From assembly GCA_964016885.1 (NCBI GenBank), contig OZ024760.1:30814001-30878000 (forward strand): a DNA stretch of 64,000 nt, read 5' to 3'. The DNA is from Eledone cirrhosa. Taxonomy: Eukaryota. Of this stretch, positions 14,301-29,300 are shown one piece after another. Both the position numbers and the translations under genes were made by a program. The notes under the pieces are model-generated. The model had not been told where the DNA came from and searched no databases. It saw nothing but the letters and a program-made list of their open reading frames with translations. Within the stretch, counting starts at the first letter, position 1. Each line of letters opens with the position of its first letter.

Positions 14301-17300
14301 TAATGTAATGTAATGCATAATGTAATGTAATGTAATGTAATGTAAAGTAATGTGTAATGTATAATGTAACGTAATGTAATGTAATGTAATGTAATGTAGT
14401 GTAATGTAATGTGTAATGTAATGTAGGGTAATGTAATGTAATGTAATGTAATGTAATGTAATGTAATGTGTAATGTAATGTAAAGTAAAGTGTAATGTAA
14501 TGTAATGTAATGTGTAATGTAATGTAATGTGTAATGTAATGTAATGTAATGTAATGTAATGTAATGTAATGTAATGTAATGTAATGTAACATAATGTAAT
14601 GTAATGTAATGTAATGTAATGTAATGTAATGTAATGTGTAATGTAATGTAATGTAATGTAATGTAATGTAATGTAATGTAATGTGTAATGTAATGTAATG
14701 TAATGTAATGTAATGTAATGTGTAATGTAACGTAACGTAATATAATGTAATGTGTAATTTAATGTAATGTAATGTAATGTAATGTAATGTGTAATGTAAT
14801 GTAATGTAATGTAATGTGTAATGTGAAATCTACTGTAATGTAATGTAACGTAATGTAATGTAATGTGTAATGTAATGTAATCTAATGTAATGTAATGTAA
14901 TGTAATGTAATGTGTAATGTAATGTAATGTAATGTAATGTAATGTAATGTAAGTATTGTAAGTAATGTAATGTGTAATGTAATGTAATGTAATGTAATGT
15001 GTAATGTAATGTAATGTAATTTAATGTGTAATGTCATGTAATGTAATGTAACGTGTAATGTAATGTGTAATGTAAGATAATGTAATGTAATGTAATGTAA
15101 TGTAATGTAATGTAATGTAATGTAATGTAATGTAATGTAATGTGTAATGTAATGTAATGTAATATAATGTAATGTAAGGTAATGTAATGTAATGTGTAAT
15201 GTAATGTAATGTAATGTAATGTAATGTAATGTGTAATGCAATGCAATGTAATGTAATGTAATGTAATGTAATGTAATGTAATGTAATGTAATGTAATATA
15301 ATGTAATGTAATGTGTAATGTAATGAATGTAATGTAATGTAATGTAATGTAATGTAATGTGTAATGTAATGTAATGTAATGTAATGTGTAATGTAATGTA
15401 ATGTAATGTAATGTAACGTAATGTAATGTAATGTGTAACGTAATGTAATGTAATGTAATGTGATGTAATGTAATGTGTAACGTAATGTAATGTGTAATGT
15501 AATGTAATGTAAAGTAATGTAATGTAAAGTAATGTAATGTAATGTAATGTAATGTAATGTAATGTAATGTAATGTAATGTGTAATGTAACGTAATGTAAT
15601 GTAATGTGTAATTTAATGTAATGTAATGTAATGTAATGTGTAATGTAATGTAATGTAATGTAATGTAATGTAATGTAATGTGTAATTTGTAATGTAATGT
15701 AATGTAATGTAATGTAATGTGTAATGTAATGTAATGTAATGTAATGTAGTGTAATGCAATGTAATGTAATGTAATGTAATGTGTAATGTAATGTAATGTA
15801 ATGTAATGTAATGTAATGTAATGTAATGTAATGTATAATGTAATGTAATGTAATGTAATGTGTAATGCAATGTAATGTAATGTAATGTAATGTGTAATGC
15901 AATGTAATGTAATGTAATGTAATGTAATATAATGTAATGTAATGTGTAATGTAATGTAATGTAATGTAATGTAATGTGTAATGTAATGTAATGTAATGTG
16001 TAATGTAATGTAATGTAATGTAATGTAATGTAATGTAATGTAATGTGTAATGTAATGTAATGTAATGTGTAATGTAATGTAATGTAATGTAACGTAATGT
16101 AATGTAATGTGTAATGTAATGTAATGTAATGTAATGTAATGTAATGTTTAATGTAATGTAATGTGTAATGTAATGTAATGTAATGTAATGTAATGTGTAA
16201 CGTAAGGTAATGTGTAATGTAATGTAATGTAATGTAATGTAATGTAATGTGTAATGCAATGTAATGTAATGTAATGTAATGTAATGTGTAATATAATGTA
16301 ATGTAACGTAATGTGTAATGTAATGTAATGTAACGTGTAATGTAATGTAATGTATAATGTAATGTAATGTAATGTAATGTAATGTAATGTAATTAATGTA
16401 ATGTAATGTAATGTAATGTAATGTAATGTAATGTAATGTAATGTAATGTAATGTAATGTAATGTAATGTGTAATGTAATGTAATATGTAATGTAATGTAA
16501 TGTGTAATTTAATGTAATGTAATGTAATGTAATGTGTAATGTAATGTAATGTAATGTAATGTAAAGTAATGTGTAATGTATAATGTACCGTAATGTAATG
16601 TAATGTAATGTAATGTAATGTGTAATGTAATGTAATGTAATTTAGTGTAATGTAATGTAATGTAATGTAATGTAGTGTAATGTAATGTGTAATGTAATGT
16701 AAGGTAATGTAATGTAATGTAATGTAATGTAACGTAATGTGTAATGTAATGTAAAGTAAAGTGTAATGTAATGTAATGTAATGTTTAATGTAATGTAATG
16801 TGTAATGTAATGTAATGTAATGTAATGTAATGTAATGTAATGCAACATAATGTAATGTAATGTAATGTAATGTAATGTAATGTAATGTAATGTAATGTGT
16901 AATGTAATGTAATGTAATGTAATGTAATGTAATGTAATGTAATGTAATGTGTAATGTAATGTAATGTAATGTAATGTAATGTAATGTGTAATGTAACGTA
17001 ACGTAATATAATGTAATGTGTAATTTAATGTAATGTAATGTAATGTAATGTAATGTGTAATGTAATGTAAAGTAAAGTGTAATGTAATGTAATGTAATGT
17101 AATGTTTAATGTAATGTAATGTGTAATGTAATGTAATGTAATGTAATGTAATGTAATGTAATGTAACATAATGTAATGTAATGTAATGTAATGTAATGTA
17201 ATGTAACATAATGTAATGTAATGTAATGTAATGTAATGTAATGTAATGTAATGTGTAATGTAATGTAATGTAATGTAATGTAATGTAATGTAATGTGTAA

Positions 17301-20300
17301 TGTAATGTAATGTAATGTAATGTAATGTAATGTGTAATGTAACGTAACGTAATATAATGTAATGTGTAATTTAATGTAATGTAATGTAATGTAATGTGTA
17401 ATGTAATGTAATGTAATGTAATGTGTAATGTGACATCTACTGTAATGTAATGTAACGTAATGTAATGTAATGTGTAATGTAATGTAATCTAATGTAATGT
17501 AATGTAATGTAATGTAATGTGTAATGTAATGTAATGTAATGTAATGTAATGTAATGTAAGTATTGTAAGTAATGTAATGTGTAATGTAATGTAATGTGTA
17601 ATGTAATGTAATGTAATTTAATGTGTAATGTCATGTAATGTAATGTAACGTGTAATGTAATGTGTAATGTAAGATAATGTAATGTAATGTAATGTAATGT
17701 AATGTAATGTAATGTAATGTAATGTAATGTAATGTAATGTAATGTAATGTGTAATGTAATGTAATGTAATATAATGTAATGTGTAATGTAAGGTAATGTA
17801 ATGTAATGTAATGTAATGTGTAATGTAATGTAATGTAATGTAATGTAATGTGTAATGCAATGCAATGTAATGTAATGTAATGTAATGTAATGTAATGTAA
17901 TGTAATGTAATGTAATATAATGTAATGTAATGTGTAATGTAATGAATGTAATGTAATGTAATGTAATGTAATGTAATGTGTAATGTAATGTAATGTAATG
18001 TAATGTGTAATGTAATGTAATGTAATGTAACGTAATGTAATGTAATGTGTAACGTAATGTAATGTAATGTAATGTGATGTAATGTAATGTGTAACGTAAT
18101 GTAATGTGTAATGTAATGTAATGTAAAGTAATGTAATGTAAAGTAATGTAATGTAATGTAATGTAATGTAATGTAATGTAATGTAATGTAATGTGTAATG
18201 TAACGTAATGTAATGTAATGTAATGTGTAATTTAATGTAATGTAATGTAATGTGTAATGTAATGTAATGTAATGTAATGTAATGTGTAATTTGTAATGTA
18301 ATGTAATGTAATGTAATGTAATGTAATGTAATGTAATGTGTAATGTAATGTAATGTAATGTAATGTAGTGTAATGCAATGTAATGTAATGTAATGTAATG
18401 TGTAATGTAATGTAATGTAATGTAATGTAATGTAATGTAATGTAATGTAATGTAATGTAATGTATAATGTAATGTAATGTAATGTAATGTGTAATGCAAT
18501 GTAATGTAATGTAATGTAATGTAATATAATGTAATGTAAGGTGTAATGTAATGTAATGTAATGTAATGTAATATGTAATGTAATGTAATGTAATGTGTAA
18601 TGTAATGTAATGTAATGTAATGTAATGTAATGTAATGTAATGTAATGTGTAATGTAATGTAATGTAATGTGTAATGTAATGTAATGTAATGTAACGTAAT
18701 GTAATGTAATGTGTAATGTAATGTAATGTAATGTAATGTAATGTAATGTAATGTGTAATGTAATGTAATGTGTAATGTAATGTAATGTAATGTAATGTAA
18801 TGTGTAACGTAAGGTAATGTGTAATGTAATGTAATGTAATGTAATGTAATGTGTAATGCAATGTAATGTAATGTAATGTAATGTAATGTAATGTAATGTG
18901 TAATGTAATGTAATGTAACGTAATGTGTAATGTAATGTAATGTAACGTGTAATGTAATGTAATGTATAATGTAATGTAATGTAATGTAATGTAATTAATG
19001 TAATGTAATGTGTAATGTAATGTAATGTAATCTAATGTAATGTAATGTAATGTAATGTAATGTAATGTAATGTAATGTAATGTGTAATGTAATGTAATAT
19101 GTAATGTAATGTGTAATTTAATGTAATGTAATGTAATGTAATGTGTAATGTAATGTAATGTAATGTAATGTAAAGTAATGTGCAATGTAGAATGTAACGT
19201 AATGTAATGTAATGTAATGTAATGTAATGTGTAATGTAATGTAATGTAATTTAGTGTAATGTAATGTAATGTAATGTAATGTAGTGTAATGTAATGTGTA
19301 ATGTAATGTAAGGTAATGTAATGTAATGTAATGTAATGTAATGTAATGTGTAATGCAATGTAATGTAATGTAATGTAATGTAATGTAATGTAATGTGTAA
19401 TGTAATGTAATGTAACGTAATGTGTAATGTAATGTAATGTAACGTGTAATGTAATGTAATGTATAATGTAATGTAATGTAATGTAATGTAATGTAATGTA
19501 ATTAATGTAATGTAATGTGTAATGTAATGTAATGTAATGTAATGTAATGTAATGTAATGTAATGTAATGTAATGTAATGTAATGTGTAATGTAATGTAAT
19601 ATGTAATGTAATGTAATGTGTAATTTAATGTAATGTAATGTAATTTAATGTGTAATGTAATGTAATGTAATGTAATGTAATGTAAAGTAATGTGTAATGT
19701 ATAATGTACCGTAATGTAATGTAATGTAATGTAATGTAATGTGTAATGTAATGTAATGTAATTTAGTGTAATGTAATGTAATGTAATGTAATGTAGTGTA
19801 ATGTAATGTGTAATGTAATGTAAGGTAATGTAATGTAATGTAATGTAATGTAACGTAATGTGTAATGTAATGTAAAGTAAAGTGTAATGTAATGTAATGT
19901 AATGTAATGTTTAATGTAATGTAATGTGTAATGTAATGTAATGTAATGTAATGTAATGTAATGTAATGTAACATAATGTAATGTAATGTAATGTAATGTA
20001 ATGTAATGTAATGTAATGTAATGTGTAATGTAATGTAATGTAATGTAATGTAATGTAATGTAATGTGTAATGTAATGTAATTGTTTCTATTTTAGGCACA
20101 AGGCCAGCAATTACCCAGTGCATTACTGGTACTTTATTTTATCGACCCCGTAAGGATGAAAGGCATGTAATGTAATGTGTAATGTAACGTAACGTAATAT
20201 AATGTAATGTGTAATTTAATGTAATGTAATGTAATGTAATGTAATGTGTAATGTAATGTAAAGTAAAGTGTAATGTAATGTAATGTAATGTAATGTTTAA

Positions 20301-23300
20301 TGTAATGTAATGTGTAATGTAATGTAATGTAATGTAATGTAATGTAATGTAACATAATGTAATGTAATGTAATGTAATGTAATGTAACATAATGTAATGT
20401 AATGTAATGTAATGTAATGTAATGTAATGTAATGTGTAATGTAATGTAATGTAATGTAATGTAATGTAATGTAATGTGTAATGTAATGTAATGTAATGTA
20501 ATGTAATGTAATGTGTAATGTAACGTAACGTAATATAATGTAATGTGTAATTTAATGTAATGTAATGTAATGTAATGTGTAATGTAATGTAATGTAATGT
20601 AATGTGTAATGTGACATCTACTGTAATGTAATGTAACGTAATGTAATGTAATGTGTAATGTAATGTAATCTAATGCAATGTAATGTAATGTAATGTAATG
20701 TGTAATGTAATGTAATGTAATGTAATGTAATGTAATGTAATGTAAGTATTGTAAGTAATGTAATGTGTAATGTAATGTAATGTAATGTAATGTGTAATGT
20801 AATGTAATGTAATTTAATGTGTAATGTCATGTAATGTAATGTAACGTGTAATGTAATGTGTAATGTAAGATAATGTAATGTAATGTAATGTAATGTAATG
20901 TAATGTAATGTAATGTAATGTAATGTAATGTAATGTAATGTGTAATGTAATGTAATGTAATATAATGTAATGTGTAATGTAAGGTAATGTAATGTAATGT
21001 AATGTAATGTGTAATGTAATGTAATGTAATGTAATGTAATGTAATGTAATGTAATGTGTAATGCAATGCAATGTAATGTAATGTAATGTAATGTAATGTA
21101 ATGTAATGTAATGTAATATAATGTAATGTAATGTGTAATGTAATGAATGTAATGTAATGTAATGTAATGTAATGTGTAATGTAATGTAATGTAATGTAAT
21201 GTGTAATGTAATGTAATGTAATGTAACGTAATGTAATGTAATGTGTAACGTAATGTAATGTAATGTAATGTGATGTAATGTAATGTGTAACGTAATGTAA
21301 TGTGTAATGTAATGTAATGTAAAGTAATGTAATGTAAAGTAATGTAATGTAATGTAATGTAATGTAATGTAATGTAATGTAATGTAATGTGTAATGTAAC
21401 GTAATGTAATGTAATGTAATGTGTAATTTAATGTAATGTAATGTAATGTGTAATGTAATGTAATGTAATGTAATGTAATGTAATGTGTAATTTGTAATGT
21501 AATGTAATGTAATGTAATGTAATGTAATGTAATGTGTAATGTAATGTAATGTAATGTAATGTAGTGTAATGCAATGTAATGTAATGTAATGTAATGTGTA
21601 ATGTAATGTAATGTAATGTAATGTAATGTAATGTAATGTAATGTAATGTAATGTATAATGTAATGTAATGTAATGTAATGTGTAATGCAATGTAATGTAA
21701 TGTAATGTAATGTAATATAATGTAATGTAAGGTGTAATGTAATGTAATGTAATGTAATGTAATATGTAATGTAATGTAATGTAATGTGTAATGTAATGTA
21801 ATGTAATGTAATGTAATGTAATGTAATGTAATGTAATGTAATGTGTAATGTAATGTAATGTAATGTGTAATGTAATGTAATGTAATGTAACGTAATGTAA
21901 TGTAATGTGTAATGTAATGTAATGTAATGTAATGTAATGTAATGTAATGTTTAATGTAATGTAATGTGTAATGTAATGTAATGTAATGTAATGTAATGTG
22001 TAACGTAAGGTAATGTGTAATGTAATGTAATGTAATGTAATGTAATGTGTAATGCAATGTAATGTAATGTAATGTAATGTAATGTAATGTAATTAATGTA
22101 ATGTAATGTGTAATGTAATGTAATGTAATGTAATGTAATGTAATGTAATGTAATGTAATGTGTAATGTAATGTAATATGTAATGTAATGTGTAATTTAAT
22201 GTAATGTAATGTAATGTAATGTGTAATGTAATGTAATGTAATGTAATGTAAAGTAATGTGCAATGTATAATGTAACGTAATGTAATGTAATGTAATGTAA
22301 TGTAATGTGTAATGTAATGTAATGTAATTTAGTGTAATGTAATGTAATGTAATGTAATGTAGTGTAATGTAATGTGTAATGTAATGTAAGGTAATGTAAT
22401 GTAATGTAATGTAATGTAATGTAATGTGTAATGTAATGTAAAGTAAAGTGTAATGTAATGTAATGTAATGTAATGTTTAATGTAATGTAATGTGTAATGT
22501 AATGTAATGTAATGTAATGTAATGTAATGTAACATAATGTAATGTAATGTAATGTAATGTAATGTAATGTAATGTGTAATGTAATGTAATGTAATGTAAT
22601 GTAATGTAATGTAATGTGTAATGTAATGTAATGTAATGTAATGTAATGTGTAATGTAACGTAACGTAATATAATGTAATGTGTAATTTAATGTAATGTAA
22701 TGTAATGTAATGTAATGTGTAATGTAATGTAATGTAATGTAATGTGTAATGTGACATCTACTGTAATGTAATGTAACGTAATGTAATGTAATGTGTAATG
22801 TAATGTAATCTAATGTAATGTAATGTAATGTAATGTAATGTAATGTGTAATGTAATGTAATGTAATGTAATGTAATGTAATGTAAGTATTGTAAGTAATG
22901 TAATGTGTAATGTAATGTAATGTAATGTAATGTGTAATGTAATGTAATGTAATTTAATGTGTAATGTCATGTAATGTAATGTAACGTGTAATGTAATGTG
23001 TAATGTAAGGTAATGTAATGTAATGTAATGTAATGTAATGTAATGTAATGTAATGTAATGTATTGTAATGTAATGTAATGTAATGTAATGTAATGTAATG
23101 TAATGTAATGTAATGTGTAATGTAATGTAATGTAATATAATGTAATGTGTAATGTAAGGTAATGTAATGTAATGTAATGTAATGTGTAATGTAATGTAAT
23201 GTAATGTAATGTAATGTAATGTGTAATGCAATGCAATGTAATGTAATGTAATGTAATGTAATGTAATGTAATGTAATGTAATATAATGTAATGTAATGTG

Positions 23301-26300
23301 TAATGTAATGAATGTAATGTAATGTAATGTAATGTAATGTGTAATGTAATGTAATGTAATGTAATGTGTAATGTAATGTAATGTAATGTAATGTGTAATG
23401 TAATGTAATGTAATGTAATGTAACGTAATGTAATGTAATGTGTAACGTAATTTAATGTAATGTAATGAGCTGTAATGTAATGTGTAACGTAATGTAATGT
23501 GTAATGTAATGTAATGTAAAGTAATGTAATGTAAAGTAATGTAATATAATGTAATGTAATGTAATGTAATGTAATGTAATGTAATGTAATGTAATGTAAT
23601 GTGTAGTGTAACGTAATGTAATGTAATGTAATGTGTAATTTAATGTAATGTAATGTAATGTAATGTGTAATGTAATGTAATGTAATGTAATGTAATGTGT
23701 AATTTGTAATGTAATGTAATGTAATGTAATGTAATGTAATGTGTAATGTAATGTAATGTAATGTAATGTAGTGTAATGCAATGCAATGTAATGTAATGTA
23801 ATGTGTAATGTAATGTAATGTAATGTAATGTAATGTAATGTAATGTAATGTAATGTAATGTAATGTATAATGTAATGTAATGTAATGTAATGTGTAATGC
23901 AATGTAATGTAATGTAATGTAATGTAATATAATGTAATGTAATGTGTAATGTAATGTAATGTAATGTAATGTAATGTAATGTAATGTGTAATGTAATGTA
24001 ATGTAATGTGTAATGTAATGTAATGTAATGTAACGTAATGTAATGTAATGTGTAATGTAATGTAATGTAATGTAATGTAATGTAATGTAATGTAATGAAA
24101 TGTTTAATGTAATGTAATGTGTAATGTAATGTAATGTAATGTAATGTAATGTGTAACTTAAGGTAATGTGTAATGTAATGTAATGTAATGTAATGTAATG
24201 TGTAATGCAATGTAATGTAATGTAATGTAATGTAATGTAATGTAATGTAATGTGTAATGTAATGTAATGTAATGTAACGTAATGTGTAATGTAATGTAAT
24301 GTAACGTGTAATGTAATGTAATGTATAATGTAATGTAATGTAATGTAATGTAATGTAATGTAATTAATGTAATGTAATGTGTAATGTAATGTAATGTAAT
24401 GTAATGTAATGTAATGTAATGTAATGTAATGTAATGTGTAATGTAATGTAATATGTAATGTAATGTAATGTGTAATTTAATGTAATGTAATGTAATGTAA
24501 TGTGTAATGTAATGTAATGTAATGTAATGTAAAGTAATGGGTAATGTATAATGTAACGTAATGTAATGTAATGTAATGTAATGTAATGTGTAATGTAATG
24601 TAATGTAATTTAGTGTAATGTAATGTAATGTAATGTAATGTAATGTAATGTAATGTAATGTGTAATGTAACGTAATGTAATGTAATGTAATGTAATGTAA
24701 GTAATGTAAGTAATGTAATGTGTAATGTAATGTAATGTAATGTAATGTGTAATGTAATGTAATGTAATTTAATGTGTAATGTCATGTAATCTAATGTAAC
24801 GTGAAATGTAATGTAAGGTAATGTAATGTAATGTAATGTAATGTAATATAATGTAATGTAATGTAATGTAATGTAATGTGTAATGTAATGTATTGTAATG
24901 TAATGTGTAATGTAAGTTAATGTAATGTAATGTAATGTAATGTGTAATGTAATATAATGTAATGTAATGTGTAATGCAATGCAATGTAATGTAATGTAAT
25001 GTAATTTAATGTAATGTAATGTAATGTAATATAATGTAATGTAATGTGTAATGTAATGAATGTAATGTAATGTAATGTAATGTGTAATGTAATGTAATGT
25101 GTAATGTAATGTAATGTAATGTAATGTAATGTAATGTGTAACGTAATGTAATGTAATGTAATGTAATGTAATGTAATGTATAATGTAATGTAATGTAATG
25201 TAATGTGTAATGCAATGTAATGTAATGTAATGTAATGTAATATAATGTAATGTAATGTGTAATGTAATGTAATGTAATGTAATGTAATGTAATGTAATAT
25301 AATGTGTAATGTAATGTAATGTGTAATGTAATGTAATGTAATGTAATGTAATGTAATGTAATGTAATGTAATGTGTAATGTAATGTAATGTAATGTGTAA
25401 TGTAATGTAATGTAATGTAACGTAATGTAATGTAATGTGTAATGTAATGTAATGTAATGTAATGTAATGTTTAATGTAATGTAATGTGTAATGTAATGTA
25501 ATGTAATGTAATGTGATGTAATGTAATGTAATGTAATGTGTAACGTAATGTAATGTGTAATGTAATGTAATGTAATGTAATGTAATGTAATGTGTAATGC
25601 AATGTAATGTAATGTAATGTAATGTAATGTAATGTAATGTAATGTAACGTGTAATGTAATGTAATGTAATGTAACGTAATGTGTAATGTAATGTAATGTA
25701 ATGTAATGTATAATGTAATGTAATGTAATGTAATGTAATGTAATGTAATTAATGTAATGTAATGTGTAATGTAATGTAATTTAATGTAATGTAATGTAAT
25801 GTAATGTGTAATGTGTAATGTAATGTAATGTAATGTAATGTAATGTGTAATGTAATGTAATGTAATGTAATGTAATGTAATGTAATGTAATGTGTAATGT
25901 AATGTAATGTAATGTAATGTCTAATGTAATGTAATGTAATGTAATGTAATGTAATGTAATGTAATGTAATGTAATGTGTAATGTAACGTAATGTAATGTA
26001 ATGTAATGTGTAATTTAATGTAATGTAATGTAATGTAATGCATAATGTAATGTAATGTAATGTAATGTAATGTAAAGTAATGTGTAATGTATAATGTAAC
26101 GTAATGTAATGTAATGTAATGTAATGTAATGTGTAATGTAATGTAATGTAATTTAGTGTAATGTAATGTAATGTAATGTAATGCAGTGTAATGTAATGTG
26201 TAATATAATGTAAGGTAATGTAATGTAATGTAATGTAATGTAATGTAATGGAATGTAATGTGTAATGTAATGTAAAGTAAAGTGTAATGTAATGTAATGT

Positions 26301-29300
26301 AATGTAATGTGTAATGTAATGTAATGTGTAATGTAATGTAATGTAATGTAATGTAATGTAATGTAACGTAATGTAATGTAATGTAATGTAATGTAATGTA
26401 ATGTAATGTGTAATGTAATGTAATGTAATTTAATGTGTAATGTCATGTAATGTAATGTAACGTGAAATGTAATGTAATGTAATGTAATGTAATGTAATGT
26501 AATGTAATGTAATGTAATGTAATGTGTAATGTAATGTAATGTAATGTAATGTGTAATGTAAGGTAATGTAATGTAATGTAATGTAATGTGTAATGTAATA
26601 TAATGTAATGTAATGTGTAATGCAATGCAATGTAATGTAATGTAATGTAATTTAATGTAATGTAATGTAATGTAATATAATGTAATGTAATGTGTAATGT
26701 AATGAATGTAATGTAATGTAATGTAATGTAATGTGTAATGTAATGTAATGTGTAATGTAATGTAATGTAATGTAATGTAATGTAATGTGTAACGTAATGT
26801 AATGTAATGTAATGTAATGTAATGTAATGTATAATGTAATGTAATGTAATGTAATGTGTAATGCAATGTAATGTAATGTAATGTAATGTAATATAATGTA
26901 ATGTAATGTGTAATGTAATGTAATGTAATGTAATGTAATGTAATGTAATATAATGTGTAATGTAATGTAATGTGTAATGTAATGTAATGTAATGTAATGT
27001 AATGTAATGTAATGTAATGTAATGTAATGTGTAATGTAATGTAATGTAATGTGTAATGTAATGTAATGTAATGTAACGTAATGTAATGTAATGTGTAATG
27101 TAATGTAATGTAATGTAATGTAATGTTTAATGTAATGTAATGTGTAATGTAATGTAATGTAATGTAATGTGATGTAATGTAATGTAATGTAATGTGTAAC
27201 GTAATGTAATGTGTAATGTAATGTAATGTAATGTAATGTAATGTAATGTAATGTAATGTGTAATGCAATGTAATGTAATGTAATGTAATGTAATGTAATG
27301 TAATGTAATGTAACGTGTAATGTAATGTAATGTAATGTAACGTAATGTGTAATGTAATGTAATGTAATGTAATGTATAATGTAATGTAATGTAATGTAAT
27401 GTAATGTAATTAATGTAATGTAATGTGTAATGTAATGTAATTTAATGTAATGTAATGTAATGTAATGTAATGTGTAATGTGTAATGTAATGTAATGTAAT
27501 GTAATGTAATGTGTAATGTAATGTAATGTAATGTAATGTAATGTAATGTAATGTAATGTGTAATGTAATGTAATGTAATGTAATGTCTAATGTAATGTAA
27601 TGTAATGTAATGTAATGTAATGTAATGTAATGTAATGTAATGTGTAATGTAACGTAATGTAATGTAATGTAATGTGTAATTTAATGTAATGTAATGTAAT
27701 GTAATGCATAATGTAATGTAATGTAATGTAATGTAATGTAAAGTAATGTGTAATGTATAATGTAACGTAATGTAATGTAATGTAATGTAATGTAATGTAA
27801 TGTGTAATGTAATGTAATGTAATTTAGTGTAATGTAATGTAATGTAATGTAATGCAGTGTAATGTAATGTGTAATGTAATGTAAGGTAATGTAATGTAAT
27901 GTAATGTAATGTAATGTAATGTAATGTAATGTAATGTGTAATGTAATGTAAAGTAAAGTGTAATGTAATGTAATGTAATGTAATGTGTAATGTAATGTAA
28001 TGTGTAATGTAATGTAATGTAATGTAATGTAATGTAATGTAATGTAACGTAATGTAATGTAATGTAATGTAATGTAATGTAATGTAATGTAATGTAATGT
28101 AATGTAATGTGTAATGTAATGTAATGTAATGTAATGTAATGTAATGTAATGTAATGTGTAATGTAATGTAATGTAATGTAATGTAATGTGTAATGTAACG
28201 TAACGTAATATAATGTAATGTGTAATTTAATGTAATGTAATGTAATGTAATGTAATGTAATGTGTAATGTAATGTAATGTAATGTAATGTGTAATGTGAC
28301 ATCTACTGTAATGTAATGTAACGTAATGTAATGTAATGTGTAATGTAATGTAATCTAATGTAATGTAATGTAATGTAATGTAATGTGTAATGTAATGTAA
28401 TGCAATGTAATGTAATGTAATGTAAGTATTGTAAGTAATGTAATGTGTAATGTAATGTAATGTAATGTAATGTGTAATGTAATGTAATGTAATTTAATGT
28501 GTAATGTCATGTAATGTAATGTAACGTGTAATGTAATGTGTAATGTAAGGTAATGTAATGTAATTTAATGTAATGTAATGTAATGTAATGTAATGTAATG
28601 TAATGTAATGTAATGTAATGTAATGTAATGTAATGTAATGTAATGTAATGTAATGTAATGTAATGTGTAATGTAATGTAATGTAATATAATGTAATGTGT
28701 AATGTAAGGTAATGTAATGTAATGTAATTTTATGTGTAATGTCATGTAATGTAATGTAACGTGTAATGTAATGTGTAATGTAAGGTAATGTAATGTAATG
28801 TAATGTAATGTAATGTAATGTAATGTAATGTAATGTAATGTAATGTAATGTAATGTGTAATGTAATGTAATGTAATATAATGTAATGTGTAATGTAAGGT
28901 AATGTAATGTAATGTAATGTAATGTGTAATGTAATGTAATGTAATGTAATGTAATGTAATGTGTAATGCAATGCAATGTAATGTAATGTAATGTAATGTA
29001 ATGTAATGTAATGTAATGTAATATAATGTAATGTAATGTGTAATGTAATGAATGTAATGTAATGTAATGTAATGTAATGTAATGTGTAATGTAATGTAAT
29101 GTAATGTAATGTGTAATGTAATGTAATGTAATGTAATGTAACGTAATGTAATGTAATGTGTAACGTAATGTAATGTAATGTAATGAGATGTAATGTAATG
29201 TGTAACGTAATGTAATGTGTAATGTAATGTAATGTAAAGTAATGTAATGTAAAGTAATGTAATGTAATGTAATGTAATGTAATGTAATGTAATGTAATGT

